Origin: an uncultured virus (IMG/VR IMGVR_UViG_2061766007_000557)
Lineage: Duplodnaviria; Heunggongvirae; Uroviricota; Caudoviricetes
Length of the DNA: 64,000 nucleotides
Virus record (IMG/VR): IMGVR_UViG_2061766007_000557
Strand: one strand, 5' to 3'
Shown here one piece after another: positions 43,952 through 57,174 of this stretch; the stretch's first letter is position 1, and every line of letters starts with the position of its first letter. The notes under the pieces are model-generated. The model saw only the letters and a program-made list of their open reading frames with translations. It had not been told where the DNA came from and did not search any database. A program made the position numbers and the translations under genes.

Positions 43952-44453
43952 TTTAAGCTGGATTTATGACGACGAAAATGAAAATTCAAAAGTATTTTTA
44001 AGTGGCTCTCTATACTACTTTAATAAATTTGTTAATGAATTTACACAAACAGATGTTGATAGAAATATATTGGTTAAGTCAGATCATTATGAATACTTAA
44101 AAGGATCTAGATATTTACTTGATTCTTTTATATACTGTTATGATGTAAATGGGACACCTAAAGACTTTATAGAATTTATTCTTTTAAAAAGTCAAGATAA
44201 TCCTCTTTAGGTTAGTACTCTTTTAAGTAAAGATTTGTGTGAATATATGGGTATAACTTGGGATATTTTATACCCATATATTGAACAAATAAAAGAAGCT
44301 TTGACTGAACAAATGAGCAGAAGAGAAAAAGATGAAGTTGTTCTTACATATTTTGAATATATGTGTGAGAATAATGATTGGGCTTTAACTGATAAGTAGT
44401 TAAAGTGTTTATTTGAAATGTATAAACAATATCACTGTAAGCAATATGGCTAA
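43944..44453 (+). CDS. Hypothetical protein; code 15
   Basis: Reads through the TAG at 44208 to TAA 44451. Confidence 0.6.
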
Positions 44454-47400
44454 ACCTAGTAAGAAAGATTTATTTTATGGAATAACAACATCATATGTTC
44501 CAACTTCTTCAGTTTCTACTTATAACGGATGGTTTAATCCAAAAACAAACTCAATAGGCGGATCAAATATAATTCCTAGTGGAATATAGTGTTATTGGGG
44601 AACTGGAATAAGTGCAGAGCATTACGTTAATCTAACTATATCTACTCGTGGCGGAAGATCTTTTACTAGTTTTATAAAAGATACAAGCACTGAAAATGCA
44701 AATTACCATAAGTTACTTTTTAATTTCAATGATCCTAATATTTCAGGAGGAGGTACTTACTTTGGTTTTGATATTACGGGGCTTTCGAGTGGTAAGTATA
44801 CAGTTTCTTTTAGTGTAGAAACGAATAGTTTATACAATATAACTATGGTTAAAGAAAATTCTACATCTGCGCTTGCTACTGTTACTACTTGGACAGATTG
44901 TCACTCTCCGATTGGTGTGTTAGGTGATTTAAACGAGTTTACTTATTCTGATATTTCTCCTAGTAACTTATCACAAAAAGCTTTAATATATTTAGCCGGC
45001 ACAGGAACAGATTCAGACTCTGCCGTAACGGAAGTGTGTAAAGTAAATTTTCCAAATATTGGATGGAAAACTGGAAAACTATCTATACCATTAGTAAGCA
45101 ATCACTAGACTTATTCAAGTAATTAGGCAGTATAGTATGCAGATTGGAGCAGTGCATACGAATTTAATTATGATATTGGTTCTGAGTATAAGTGGATGAT
45201 GAGATACGATACATCTAACGATAACATAGTCTATCCGCCATCTTGGCCAAACCATGCCTTTTTATCAGAAAGACTATAGGACTTCGCTAATTCAACTATT
45301 TCAAATAGTAGAAATTTTGCATATGGTGTTTACAAGAATGTTATCGAATCTAGTAAAACAGGAGCTATTGCATCTAATGCTTTTAAGCATATTAGTGGAG
45401 ATTCCGATAACTGTGAAAATTTAACAAAAGTAGCCATTCCTGATTCTGTAGAAATTATTAAAGAAAGGGCCTTTGAAAACTGCACTAGTTTGACTGACGT
45501 AGTTTATCTTGAATAGAGTGGGCTTCATACAAGCGAAGGTAATAAGTTTCATAATGGTTTAAATACTATTAAATCTTATGCCTTTAACAACTGCAATAGT
45601 TTAGGAAATATTAATCTGAACTAGGTTAATGTAATAGAAACGTGTGCTTTTTAGAATTGCACAAGTTTAACTTCTATTACTATTCCTCATACTACCAGAA
45701 GTCTTGGAGAGTCTGTATTTTGTGGTTGTAGTAATGTAGTCACGGTAACTTTAGCTAAAGATAGTAATAATAGAATCTCTCTTAATAGTTTACCTACTAG
45801 AGGTTTTTACAATACTAAAGTAAATAATATTAATAAAACAAGAGACAGAAATTACATACTAGAAGGAATTAAAAGTATAGGGAATTATTGTTTTGCAGCA
45901 GACTCTTCTTATAACGGAGTTACTAATATCACTATTCCTTCTACGGCAACGTATGTTGGGAAAGAAATTTTTAAAAATAATAGTTCTTTAACTACTGTAT
46001 ATTGGAATCCTGTAAAGCTAAATTCTGACTATACTAACGCTGAAGTCACTCCTTTTTATATTAATAATGGTACTATAACTTAGTTTACTTTTGGAGATTA
46101 TGTAGAGAATATCCCTAGTTATCTGTGTTACACTTTTAATAGTTCTTTTACTAATTCACTCGGATAGGAATACTTTCCAGATTCATTAAAAATTATAGGA
46201 AATAAAGCTTTTAAATCTACACAAAAAGAAGATTCTACGTCTTATACGTTTAAGTTTTCAAAATTTAATACACAAAATCATAAACAAATTAATTTAAAGG
46301 AAATTAAATCTTATGCTTTTGAAGGAGCAAACTTGTCTGAAATTGAAATTCCATATAATGTTTAGACGATAGGAGTTGGAGCATTTTCATAGATAATTAG
46401 TAGTGCGGCTAATCCGTGTTTAATGAAATGGAAGGCTAAAGATGTAAATCTTGAAAAAGAATATTTAGAAAATACATATGTTAGCTCTTCTATTCCTGAA
46501 TATGGATATGAGTATAGATCTGGGTATTTTAACACTAATTTTAAACAAGCCCATCTTGATGTATAGTTTTTAGAAGGAACAAAAGTCATTCCTTATAATT
46601 TTGGTGGTAGATATCCGTATGGAGGTAATAATATAGGAGCCGATATACGAAGTGTGACTATTTCAGACGGTGTTGAAAAAATTTCAGATTATGCTTTTTA
46701 TGCATAGAATAATATGCCTGGATCTAATATTTATCAGTCCTTTGATCAAATAACTATTCCTGGTAGTATAACTTATTTAGGAAAAAGTTCTTTCCTTGGA
46801 TGTATATCTTTAAAAAAGTTAAATATAAATAACGGAATAACAGATATTCAAAGTGGGGCGTTTTTAGGAATGTATGAAAAATTTAAAGATAGCTGTGGCA
46901 GAGATTATTCCTATTTTCCAGAATTACAAAATATTATTGTCCCATCTAGTGTAAATATAATAAGAGAAAGGGCTTTTGCTTATAATGATTATATAAAACC
47001 AATTATTCCTAAACAAGGAGGTGGTTGTAATATTTCTGGTTATGACATAAGAACAATGAATATAAGCATAGGATGCGGAATATAGAAAATAGAAAGAGAG
47101 GCTTTTGCTACTGCAAATGGACATTATAACTCTAATTTAGGTAGTTCTGATAGAATTCCATGTTTAATAAAAATTTACGCTATTGAACCTCCAGAAGCCA
47201 CAGAAGATATATTTGCTGGGTTAAGATTGCCTATATATTTTGGACCAGACTATATACACTCAAGCATGGTTTATGTTAATAATATATCTAGAGCTTGGTA
47301 TGCCGATTCTTTTAGGCCTTTACATGAAGCCGCCCCATATTATTTAAAATACACTCCTAGTATTGATAATAATACGTATGGTTTGTGTTATTATTTATAG

Positions 47401-48831
47401 GAAGATGCTTTAGAAAATAAATAGGCAATTGTTACTTTTCCTAGTCATAATATAACTTATTTTACAAATTATAATGATGTATTTAATGAGGAGCATAGTA
47501 CAGAATATATAAATTATCTATAGCAGCATCTTGGAATTTATAGTCCTTATAAAACTTATGATGCTGCCGTTAATGATTATAGAAACTATGATTTTTCAAA
47601 ATCATCTTATTATGACGATTATTGTGTATATACTGCAAGACTGTATTTTGCTGATCCAATCAATATAAACGGAGAACTTGTTTATAGTGCTTCTGTTGAT
47701 AATAATGAAGCTTTATCAAGTAGTATAAAAACAGCAACTAGTATAACAGTTCCGTACACTACAGTCTCTAACGGTGTTTCTTATAATGTTACAGAAATAG
47801 GAGAAGAAGCGTTTAGAAACTGTACTAATTTACAAACAATTTATTTACCAACTACTGTTACTAATATAGGCCCTAAGGCATTTTATGGATGCACAAATTT
47901 AACAAAAATAGGGTTTAAAGATTCTAATGGAAATGAAGTAGATTCAGATTATTCTGATTTAAGACATATTGATAGATTTGCTTTTTCTGGATGTACTTCG
48001 CTAACAACAATTGGAACAACTAATGGGACAATTAAAATTCCAAGAAAAGTAACATCTATAGGAGAATATTGTTTTAGAAATTGTACCTCAATGGTTAATG
48101 TGCAGTTTGGGGATAAAATATGTAATATTCCAGCATCTGCATTAGTTGGATGTACTTCTATATCTGATATTACAATAAATAATGAAAATGAGTACTATGT
48201 TACAGGAGCCACTGGTTCCAAAAATGCTTTATATAAAAGAAGTGGTGGGTATAAAAAACTTATAAAAGTTGTAGGAAATCCAACATAGTTTTATGTTCCT
48301 AATGATGTTTATTCGGTAGGAAATGAAGCATTTTAGGGATGTTCTAATTTAACCTTAATAACTTTTGGTGAAAATGTAAACGAGTTAGATTTTTATGAAT
48401 CTGGACAGAGTGGCGCATTATTTCAAGGCTGTAGTAGTTTAAATACAATTATTTGGAATTCTAAAAATTATAGTGGAGGAAGTTTGTGGAATTTATTCTT
48501 TTCAAATAAATCTAAAAATTATACATTTAAACCCAGACAGGATGTTACAGAGCAAATTCCTATATTCTCTAATTATGATTTTAGAGGGAATGTTATTAGT
48601 ATGGAATTTGGAGTAAATGTACAATCTATTCCAATAAGTATGTTTAAAGACAGATCAGGTCTATAGACAATATTATGTAAGGCAACTACCCCACCAGTGG
48701 TTAATCAAGATGCTTTTAAAGCAGTAACCAAATCAATTTATGTCGCGGTTCCTTCAGGATGCTTAAATGCTTATAAATAGGCAGATGGTTGGAAAAGTTT
48801 TACTAATATTGTTGAAGATCCAAATCTTTAA
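44446..48831 (+). CDS. BspA/TpLRR-type leucine-rich repeat protein (about 1460 aa); code 15
   Basis: ORFs 44845, 46714, 48091 and 48484 share a frame. Repeated IP.SV..I...AF..C.SL..I; C-terminal A.TPP...AF...YV.VP.GC..AYK.A.GWK.F.NI.E. Confidence 0.85.
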
Positions 48832-48877
48832 TAAAATACACACTAAATAGGCATACACCAGCACTAATCTTAATTTT

Positions 48878-48911
48878 AAAACCTCAGGCAATGAATTTTG
48901 CTTGAGGTTTT
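48878..48911 (+). terminator. Intrinsic terminator
   Basis: AAAACCTCAGGCAA...TTGCTTGAGGTTTT. Confidence 0.75.
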
Positions 48912-48978
48912 ATTGTTTTTATACTTAAACTTAAGTTTGTTCTTCTAATTAAAAATATTTAATAAAAATTAAGTAATG

Positions 48979-49010
48979 TTTGGTATTTCGAGAAAAAAGT
49001 AGTAATTTTG
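48979..49010 (+). promoter_or_regulatory. Bacteroidetes sigma-A promoter
   Basis: TTTG (48979) - 20 nt - TAATTTTG (49003). Confidence 0.8.
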
Positions 49011-49069
49011 CATCGTAATTACAAAATGAGATCTCAGAATATTGTTTAACAATTATTATTTTTATTATT

Positions 49070-49963
49070 ATGGCAGAAGAAGCAAAAACTTATGTTTTCG
49101 GAAACGATGGTGCTAACTCTATGTGGCCTCTTGCATTTGCAGGAAATAATGGCTTTGGTGGCAATGGCTGGGGTGGTGGTATCCTTGGTTTCTTAGCAGG
49201 TATTCTCTTTGGTGGCCTTTGGGGTGGCAATGGCTTCGGAGGTTGGGGAGGTAACGGTGCTGGTGCAGCAGGTATGTACGCAAATGACAGCGCTACTCGT
49301 GATTTAATTATTCAAGGTATTAATGGCAATCACGAAGCTATCTCTACACTTTCTAGCACTTTACATACTGATCTTGGCGATGTTCAGCAAGCTCTGAGCA
49401 CTTTGAGTGTTGGTTTGGCTAATGTAGGTGCTCAAGTTGGCATGAGTTCTTTACAAGTAGTAAACGCTATCCAAGCTGGTGATGCATCATTAAGTCGTCA
49501 ACTTTGTGAGTGTTGCTGCGAGAATCGTCTCTTAACCACTCAATCTGGTTACGAGAATAGAATCCAGACAATTGAGCAGACTAACCAATTAGGAAGTCAG
49601 GCAGATAGAAATGCTCGTTCTATAACTGATGCAATCGCAGCACAAACAACTTTGATAACTAAAGAGTTCTGTGATCTTAAAGAGCGTGACATGCAAGAAA
49701 AAATTGATTTACTTACTGCATCTAATACTGCTTTACGTAATCAGATTGACAATGCAAATCAAACTGCAGCTATTGAAGCTTATGTATCTGGTTTAGTAAA
49801 TCCGTTAGTTAAAGAAGTTAGTGAGATTAAAGCAGCTCAACCTGCTACCACAACCGTACAATGGCCTCAATTAACTGCAGTTCCTGCATACACTTTGTAT
49901 GGGAATGGTAATTATGGATATGGTTATGGATCATTTCCTTATGGTAATGGGTACTGGAGTTAA
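49070..49963 (+). CDS. Gly-rich membrane/coiled-coil protein with CECCCE motif
   Basis: GGNGWGGG TM-like N-terminus, LCECCCENRL, coiled coil; a type familiar from gut Bacteroidetes prophage gene modules. Confidence 0.75.
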   Translation: MAEEAKTYVFGNDGANSMWPLAFAGNNGFGGNGWGGGILGFLAGILFGGLWGGNGFGGWGGNGAGAAGMYANDSATRDLIIQGINGNHEAISTLSSTLHTDLGDVQQALSTLSVGLANVGAQVGMSSLQVVNAIQAGDASLSRQLCECCCENRLLTTQSGYENRIQTIEQTNQLGSQADRNARSITDAIAAQTTLITKEFCDLKERDMQEKIDLLTASNTALRNQIDNANQTAAIEAYVSGLVNPLVKEVSEIKAAQPATTTVQWPQLTAVPAYTLYGNGNYGYGYGSFPYGNGYWS

Positions 49964-49981
49964 TAAAGAAAGGAGTAGAAT

Positions 49982-50320
49982 ATGAATTATAGATCACCTT
50001 TTGTAAATCAAAACGGTATTGCTATATTGGATTCTACTAGTGTATCTGTTGGTGCAGATGCAGTTACAATTACTTTAAATGAACCTTTAAGTAGATTTGT
50101 ACCTGCTAGAGGATTGGTATTAGTTAATTTAACTAATGAGATTCCCACAGGCACCACAGGTACTCTACCTGTAAGATTAACTATGAGCGGATTTACCTCA
50201 GCAGTAACTACTTACGGTGGAACTCCACTTACAGTAGCAGATATTGCCGGAATAGGCATATACCTATTTTATTATGATAGAGTTAGAGACATTTTACAAA
50301 TAATGTCTGGAACCGTTTAA
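49982..50320 (+). CDS. Hypothetical beta-rich protein
   Basis: 112 aa ORF in the same module. Confidence 0.7.
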   Translation: MNYRSPFVNQNGIAILDSTSVSVGADAVTITLNEPLSRFVPARGLVLVNLTNEIPTGTTGTLPVRLTMSGFTSAVTTYGGTPLTVADIAGIGIYLFYYDRVRDILQIMSGTV

Positions 50321-50333
50321 AATTTAATTAATT

Positions 50334-50858
50334 ATGTTTCAATCACTTAGACAAAATAGCCAAATTTATATATTTCATAAAGGAGCAACTCCTTTATTAG
50401 AAGTAGGCACAGTAACAAATGTGCCAATGCCGAGGGCAAAATATCCATCTATTCCTAATTTTGGATAGCCGCAAGAAATGATTATAGATCTTACAGTAAA
50501 GGTAGGGGATAGAGTAGTTAACTATAGTGGACTTCCTGCTACTGCAGAAATTGCCGATAGCTCCTTAAATGGAGATAGTGTAGTTGTTTCTGACAATAGA
50601 AGTGCTATGAATGCTGAAATATTCTCTTATAAATAGAGAAGTATTGATATAATTAATAGCATGGATTAGCATAAAGGTATTATTGCTGGATGTGATGCTA
50701 TTCTTAATGATTTAAATCCAGAATATGCACAAAAACAATAGCAATAGGAAGAATTAGCCAACTTGAAAGAATAGATGAATATTATGTCTCAAAATATGTA
50801 GAATTTGATGGAGACTAATAAAAAGTTGGTTGAGCAATTGAATAGAAAGGAAAAATAA
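50334..50858 (+). CDS. Hypothetical protein with C-terminal coiled coil; code 15
   Basis: MFQSLRQNSQIYIFHK...; several TAGs in a Gln-rich context (QKQ*Q*EEL). Confidence 0.75.
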
Positions 50859-50859
50859 T

Positions 50860-51060
50860 ATGAATAGAATGTGGGAAATAAGAGAACACGACGGCTCTAG
50901 ATATGGTCGCAGAATGGGTGAAAGAATGGGCATGAAAGATTATGATAAAAGCCCAGAAGAAGCTTATGAATGCGGATATGAAGATGGTTACGAAGCTGCT
51001 ATGGAGGAAACAAAGTACGGAGAACGTAGCTCTTATAGAATGGGTAGACGTCGTTATTAA
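50860..51060 (+). CDS. Small Arg/Gly/Tyr-rich protein
   Basis: AYECGYEDGY..YGER..MGRRRY. Confidence 0.65.
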   Translation: MNRMWEIREHDGSRYGRRMGERMGMKDYDKSPEEAYECGYEDGYEAAMEETKYGERSSYRMGRRRY

Positions 51061-51069
51061 TTAAAAGAC

Positions 51070-51477
51070 ATGAAAGCAAGATTGGACTCAAGAAGTGCTT
51101 TTCCAGAAGCAATGGAAAACTATTTGGAATTTAATGGATGGCACTTTAGTAAGAAAATGTGCCAATGGGCTGTTTCTAAGATGTATAGAGAGGTAAATGG
51201 AAAGAAAGAAGCAATTGAGCCTTATACAATGGAATCATTAAAAGTATTAAAAGATAAATCAGGAATGGATTTTGAATTATCTTATGATGCTGTTTATATT
51301 GCTAATATGTGTAAAGCAGACTTCTTGGGTTCATCTATTCCTAATGAAACACTATTGGCTAGATATGTAAAAGACGTTATAGAAGATCCAGATGGATATG
51401 ATGGAATGCCTTTTACAAGATTTTATGCGGATTGTATTGGTTCTGGCACAAGCATTCCTTGGGACGATTTGTTATGA
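51070..51477 (+). CDS. Conserved hypothetical protein
   Basis: YL.FNGWHFSKKMC.WAVS.M..YDAVYIANM.KADF..DPDGY. Confidence 0.75.
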   Translation: MKARLDSRSAFPEAMENYLEFNGWHFSKKMCQWAVSKMYREVNGKKEAIEPYTMESLKVLKDKSGMDFELSYDAVYIANMCKADFLGSSIPNETLLARYVKDVIEDPDGYDGMPFTRFYADCIGSGTSIPWDDLL

Positions 51478-51926
51478 AAACACAAATTGTCTATTTAGAT
51501 GAATACGATTGGTTAATAAAAGTATTCTACCTAGTAGAAGATCCTTTTATAGAGGGGATATTAGGGGAATTAGACTCTATAGATTGTGAGCCAGAAATTT
51601 TCTATAGGGCAGCAGAAATGCTGGAGAATGATGAATTAAATTCAGGATTTACTTATACTGATGAAGAAAAACATATTACTTTTATGGTAATAACTAAAAC
51701 TACATCAGCAGAAGAATTCTTTAATACATTTATTCATGAAATTGGACATGCTGCAACACATATTGCTGAGTATATAGGAATAGATCCTTATTCAGAAGAA
51801 CTTCAATATTTATAGGGAGAAATTGCTTTATAGATGTTTCAAGAAGCTAAAGAATTTATGTGTGATCATTGTCGAATGAACTTTTATAACTATGGTAAAA
51901 TGAAGATAAAAATAAAGGAGGGCTAA
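51474..51926 (+). CDS. Zn-metallopeptidase-like protein; code 15
   Basis: FIHEIGHAATHI (HExxH) followed by SEEL.YL*G. Confidence 0.7.
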
Positions 51927-51945
51927 ATTAATAGTCCTCCTTTTT
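51915..51945. terminator. Bidirectional terminator
   Basis: AAGGAGGGCTA..TAGTCCTCCTTTTT between convergent genes. Confidence 0.7.
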
Positions 51946-51956
51946 GCGTCATGAGA

Positions 51957-52712
51957 TTAGCTCTCTTTGGCTTCAGTCTGTCCAGACTCTTTTTGACGCT
52001 CTTTTAATATGGTTAACTTCTCAAGTATTTTCGGTATAAGTGGATTTCTAATAGCAGAATCCTCTGGTAAGAATCGAATTACTCCAATTCCTTTTATAGG
52101 CTCTAATATATCAGCAATCTAATTTAAAGGAGCCATTTCTTTTTTATTCTTAAAGTCAGTTTGACCTTCATCACCAAGACAAATTATCTTACAATTCTTA
52201 CCAATTCTAGTTAAAATAGACTCAAATGTGTGAAAATCAACATTTTGTGCCTCATCAAAAATCATAATACAATCTTCTTGGCTTAAACCTCTACAGAAGG
52301 AAAGAGGGAGAATTTCAATAGTTCCGTTACCAACTAATGCTTTTCTGGCTTCTTTTCCAATTACTTTATCAATATTCTACCAAAATGGTACTAAGAAAGG
52401 AGCCATTTTATCATAAGCATTTCCTGGTAAGGCACCTAATTCCTCTCCTTTTACAGTTCTAATAGATCTTATTAAAATAAGTTTTGAAAATAAACCTTTT
52501 TCAATAAGTCTTAATGATTCCCAAACTGCCATCATTGTTTTTCCAGCACCTGGACCAGATAGACAAAAAGTAATATCATTGTCTTTAATAGAATTAACAA
52601 ACTACTTCTGTCTTTCGTTTAAACACTTAACTGGTTTTGCGTGCCATTTTACTGGAGGTTCTTTATACTCCAGTTGTTGTTTTGTTCCAAATTTCTTTTT
52701 GCTTTTTCCCAT
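51957..52712 (-). CDS. phoH: PhoH-family ATPase; code 15 (missing from the ORF track)
   Basis: SGPGAGKT, LPGNAYDKMAPF, RGLS, IFDEAQN, LTRIG, GDEGQTD, IRNPLI; in-frame TAGs; TAACTTTG box at 52735-52742. Confidence 0.9.
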
Positions 52713-52998
52713 TTTTAATATTAAATTAAACATACAAAGTTACAAAAAATATTTCATATAAAAAATTTAGAAATTAAAATTTATGTAAAATTAATTACAC
52801 CTTTAATTATTTATAGTTTTTATATATAAAAGATACATAAAATAAGGTAAAATCCATTTTAAATACATATTAGATGTATATTTAAATATTATTGTATTTT
52901 AGTTTTTTATTTCATTATTTTTTAGTAATTTTGCATACTAAAGTTAAAATGGACTAATAGGTTTAAAATTATAGATTTTTTATAACGCTTAAAGATAA

Positions 52999-53286
52999 AT
53001 GGCTAGAAAAATAAAAGAATATTGGAGTAATAGTCCTTCTTGGGCTAGAATTTTATTTTGGATTTTCCTTGGAATTAGTGCTGCTTTAATAGTTGGCTCT
53101 TTCTTTGTTCCTCCTGCAGGTATTATTGATCCTTCAGTACTTGCTGCAGTAGGAGAAATTTAGGGATTTGCTTCTATTGGTGTTGGACTGGAATGTGTGT
53201 TTGCTGGAATGGAAGTCACATTATCAAAAGGAGATACTCAAATAAATGTCTCACATAATAGTAATTGTGATTGTAACGTAAAATAA
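52999..53286 (+). CDS. Small membrane protein (holin-like); code 15
   Basis: TM segments around FFVPPAGIIDPSVLAAVGE; TAATTTTG box upstream at about 52926. Confidence 0.6.
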
Positions 53287-53287
53287 T

Positions 53288-53911
53288 ATGAGCTAGTATA
53301 ATAGTATAGACAATATAGAATTAACCCCTATTTCTATTGAAAATATTACTGTAGTTCCTTCTGACATAGAAATTCCAGTTTATAATCATCCAATATAGAC
53401 TAATAGATCATTATGTGCAAATTTTCCTAATAATCAGGATATTGTTAGAAGAATTGAACATGATGTAAATATATCTAATTAGACTTGTATAAATAATATT
53501 CCTTATTATATTTAGGAATTACAAGCTGTTTACAGTTCTAGTACTCCAGAAGAATGTAGTAGTGATATATTTGAAGGACAAACTTATTAGGTAATTGATA
53601 ATCTGGAAGATTTAAAGAAACTATTATCTGAATTATTAATTCGATTTGATACCGATCCTAAATTCTATACTAGAGAAGATTATTCTTTCTTAATGGCTGT
53701 ACTATACAGATCTTTATTATATATTTATAATTAGGAAGTTCCATCTATAGGAGAAAACTTTTCTAGAGTTGCTAGAATGAGGGGGAGTAATCTTGAATTA
53801 AAAAATCCTATTGCTACTGATGAAACTGAAGTAGAAGACGAGGATAAAGATAGTACTTTGGCTAGTGTTTCTTATGTTGATAAACTTGTTTTAAGATGGG
53901 AGGCTTTCTAA
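53288..53911 (+). CDS. Hypothetical protein; code 15
   Basis: Open frame apart from TAGs; TAA overlaps the next ATG. Confidence 0.6.
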
Positions 53912-54369
53912 TGGAACCAGAAGTAAAATTTAAATATGGCACCTGGGAGAATTTCTAGGAAATACAGAATAAAGACCCAGGTACTCTTTATTTCTTAGAT
54001 AACTCTCATGTTTATAAAGGAGATTAGTTATTAACTAATGTTAAGACTGTTTGGAACGGGTCTTATGAAATAGGAACTACAGACGATAATGGGTTTCCTG
54101 ACATTCCTGATGAGAGTTTGAGAGAATGTTACATTATTTCTCTAGAAAATGGAGAAATTAGATTTGTAGACAGTGATTTAGAATATGTATATATCACTGA
54201 ACTAGTTTTAAATAACGTTTTATTAAATTAGAATTTTTTACAACAATTAATAGCCGCGATTGCTGATACACAAGAAGTCGTTATGCCAACTCTTACTGTT
54301 AATAAACATACGTTGGTCTGGACAGGTAGTAATGTAGATAGCATGACGGTTTTTGTCCCTAAACAATAA
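53911..54369 (+). CDS. Hypothetical structural protein; code 15
   Basis: VKFKYGT..F*.I.NKDPGTLYF, typical of fibre-associated N-termini. Confidence 0.6.
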
Positions 54370-54389
54370 AATAATTTTTAAAAACAATT

Positions 54390-56138
54390 ATGGCTAATTA
54401 CATTAATTAGATCTAGGTGGGCAATACCACCTATGACATTGGAATGAAGAATGCCGTGCATTTCCACGGTATTACTAACATTTCTAATTTTTACACAGAC
54501 CAAGCATGTACTGAAGCAGCTGCAGCTCCTGGTTATGACTTTCTTTACACAAAAGGTTTAAGTATCGAAACTACCGGAAGAGCCCTTGCTGAAATTCATG
54601 TAGGTTGTATGGTTATTCCGACAGATTCGGCACAATCACAAGCTGGTTCTTCTTATGAGTATGTTTGTGTTGAAATTGTTTCTGGCGAAGGCTCGAACCA
54701 AATTGCTCGTTGGGCAATGATGGGTGAAGTAACTACTACTTCTGGTACAATTACTACAAGTATTACTGAGAATACCGGTAACGTCGCAGTTGGTCTTAGT
54801 TCGACGGGTAAAGGTGATTTTGTTACCGCTGTTTCCGCTGAAGGCGCTGCTTCTGCTATTAAAGACGACTTAAGCCTTGCAACTGCAAGCTACACAGTTA
54901 TTACTGGTACTCCAGAAACTGCTAACGCAAGTAATGTTGGTGTTGCAAGTCAAACTGTAGTTTCCGGAGGTTCTACCACAACAGTTACTTATGTAGATGG
55001 ATTTACTCCCGGTAGTTTAACTCCTGCTGAAGGAGATATTCCTGTAGTTACGAGTTTTACTGGTGCTTCTGCACAATCTGGTAGTGCTGTAACTTCTGTA
55101 AGCTACACAGCTCCTTCCGCAAGCAATGGTAATGTTGTTACTGCTGTTTCTGGCGGTGCAATTACTACTTCGACTGGTTCTCTTGTTACCGATGCTATTG
55201 GTAGCGTAAGTTCTGCTTCTGAGAACTTTGTAACTAGTGTAAGCGGGGCTACTGCTTCTAAAGGTACTATTGTAACGAGTGTAAGTGGAGGTAGTGTATC
55301 TAGCGAAGCTGGTAATGTTGTTACTTCTATTAGTGAAGGTAGTGTTACTACTTCTACTGGTAGTGTTGTTACTGGTGTAACTGCTCCTTCTAGTGTTGTT
55401 ACTGGTGCTACTCCTGCTTATAGTGCACACGTTGAAGGAAATATATTGATTATTGATCAAGTTTTAACTTCTGTTAGTACCGGCACAGTTACTGTAAATA
55501 GTGGAACTGTTGCAACGAATGTATCTTATACTGCTCCTACTGCATCTACAGGTGCTGTTGTTACAAGCGTAGATCACGTAGATGTATCTGTAGGTTCTGG
55601 CAGTGTTGTTACAGGCGTTTCTGATATCTCTGTAGGTACTGCTGCCGCTGTTACAAGTATTTCTACAAGTGCAGCTGGCAAAGCAACTGTTGTCACGAAA
55701 GTAACTCAAGGCGCACTTAGTGTTAGCACTGGTGAAGTTGCTACAAGCATTTCTGATGGTTCTATCAGTGTTGGTTCTGGATCATTCGTAACAAGTGTAA
55801 GTGGCGGTTCTCTTGGAACTTATGCACAAAATGTTGTTACTGGAATGGACGACTACACCGCTCCAAGTATTTCTACTGCTACAGTTACAATCGTTACAAA
55901 TGTAGGTACAACTGCAGTATCTGTTGTTACAAGCATTTCAGATGTAGCTGCTGTTACAGCAATTCCTTCTGCAGCAAAAACTGTTGCTACAGGATTTGGA
56001 ACAAAGAATACAGTTCCTGTTATTAGTGGAATTTCAGTAGATACAGCTCAAGCTCTCAATGCTGTTACTCTCGCAACTGCTACAATTACGACTGGTGTTA
56101 CTGCAAATACTGGTACTGTTCTTACAGCTGCTGTCTGA
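54390..56138 (+). CDS. Ser/Thr/Val/Gly-rich repetitive fibre-like protein
   Basis: True start MANYIN*I*VGNTTYDI; many VVT(S/G)V repeats. Confidence 0.8.
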
Positions 56139-56150
56139 TTTTAATTCAAA

Positions 56151-56186
56151 TATATAGTGTAGGTCAGAATGGACCTGCACTATATA
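56151..56186 (+). terminator. Hairpin, probable terminator or processing stem
   Basis: TATATAGTGTAGGTC..GACCTGCACTATATA. Confidence 0.6.
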
Positions 56187-56212
56187 TTTATTTCTTTAAA
56201 TGTTAATGTTAT

Positions 56213-57171
56213 ATGTTATTTAGTATTATTGTTCCATGTTATAATTGCGATAAATATATCGAAAGACTCTTGGATTCTATAGTAATCCAAAATGAAAAAG
56301 ACTTAGAAGTTATTTTAGTTGATGATACAGAAGATCATTCTTTTGTAAAATTACTAAAACCTTACAAAAAGAAACTGAACATCAAAGTTGTTCAAACAGA
56401 ATTAAAATATCATACTCCTGGCAATTCTAGAAATCATGGTTTAGACGCTGCAACAGGAGATTGGGTGATATTTATTGATTGTGACGATACTCTTAGAGAA
56501 AACGCTTTACAAACATTTAAAAACTACATAAATGCTAAATTCGCTTACTGCTATGTTTCTTGTATGAAACAATGGCATGAAGATGGAAGGGAATTTGCTC
56601 CTTATGAGGAATATCAAGCTAAACATATAGTTTGGACTCATGGTAAATGTTACAATAGACAATTCTTAAATGATTGTGGAATTAGATTCAAACCAGAAAT
56701 GAAAACGTGTGAAGATTACTGGTTTAACTATTTAGTTCTTGCTAATCTTACAAACAAAGGAACTAATTATATTGATATTCCAGAATATACTTATAATTGG
56801 ATGTGGAATAATCAATCTTTGTCTAGAAGTACAATTTACGTAATGAGTATTAAAGAGCATTTCTACGATCATTTAGAAGCTTCTTTAATTCCTTGGACTA
56901 TAATCGCTTATCCTGATCAAACTCAAGAAGTATTTGAATGGTATAGATACTTTTTAGTTATGGACTATTTCTTATTCCAATTCTTCTATAGTAAAGGAAT
57001 AATNNNNNNNNNNNNNNNNNNNNNNNNNNNNNNNNNNNNNNNNNNNNNNNNNNNNNNNNNNNNNNNNNNNNNNNNNNNNNAGAAGCATATAAAGCTGCTC
57101 AAGGAATAATTCATGAAGATTTTGTATGCCAAAATAGTTTCAGAGATTGGATGTTAAATATGTATAAATGA
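56213..57171 (+). CDS. Glycosyltransferase family 2 (A copy; spans an N gap)
   Basis: FSIIVPCYN, VILVDD, RNHGLD.ATGDWVIFIDCDD, ED.WFN. Confidence 0.88.
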
Positions 57172-57174
57172 TTT

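Noticed and set aside
52579..52761. Listed plus-strand 60 aa ORF
   Set aside because: Antisense to the recoded phoH gene.
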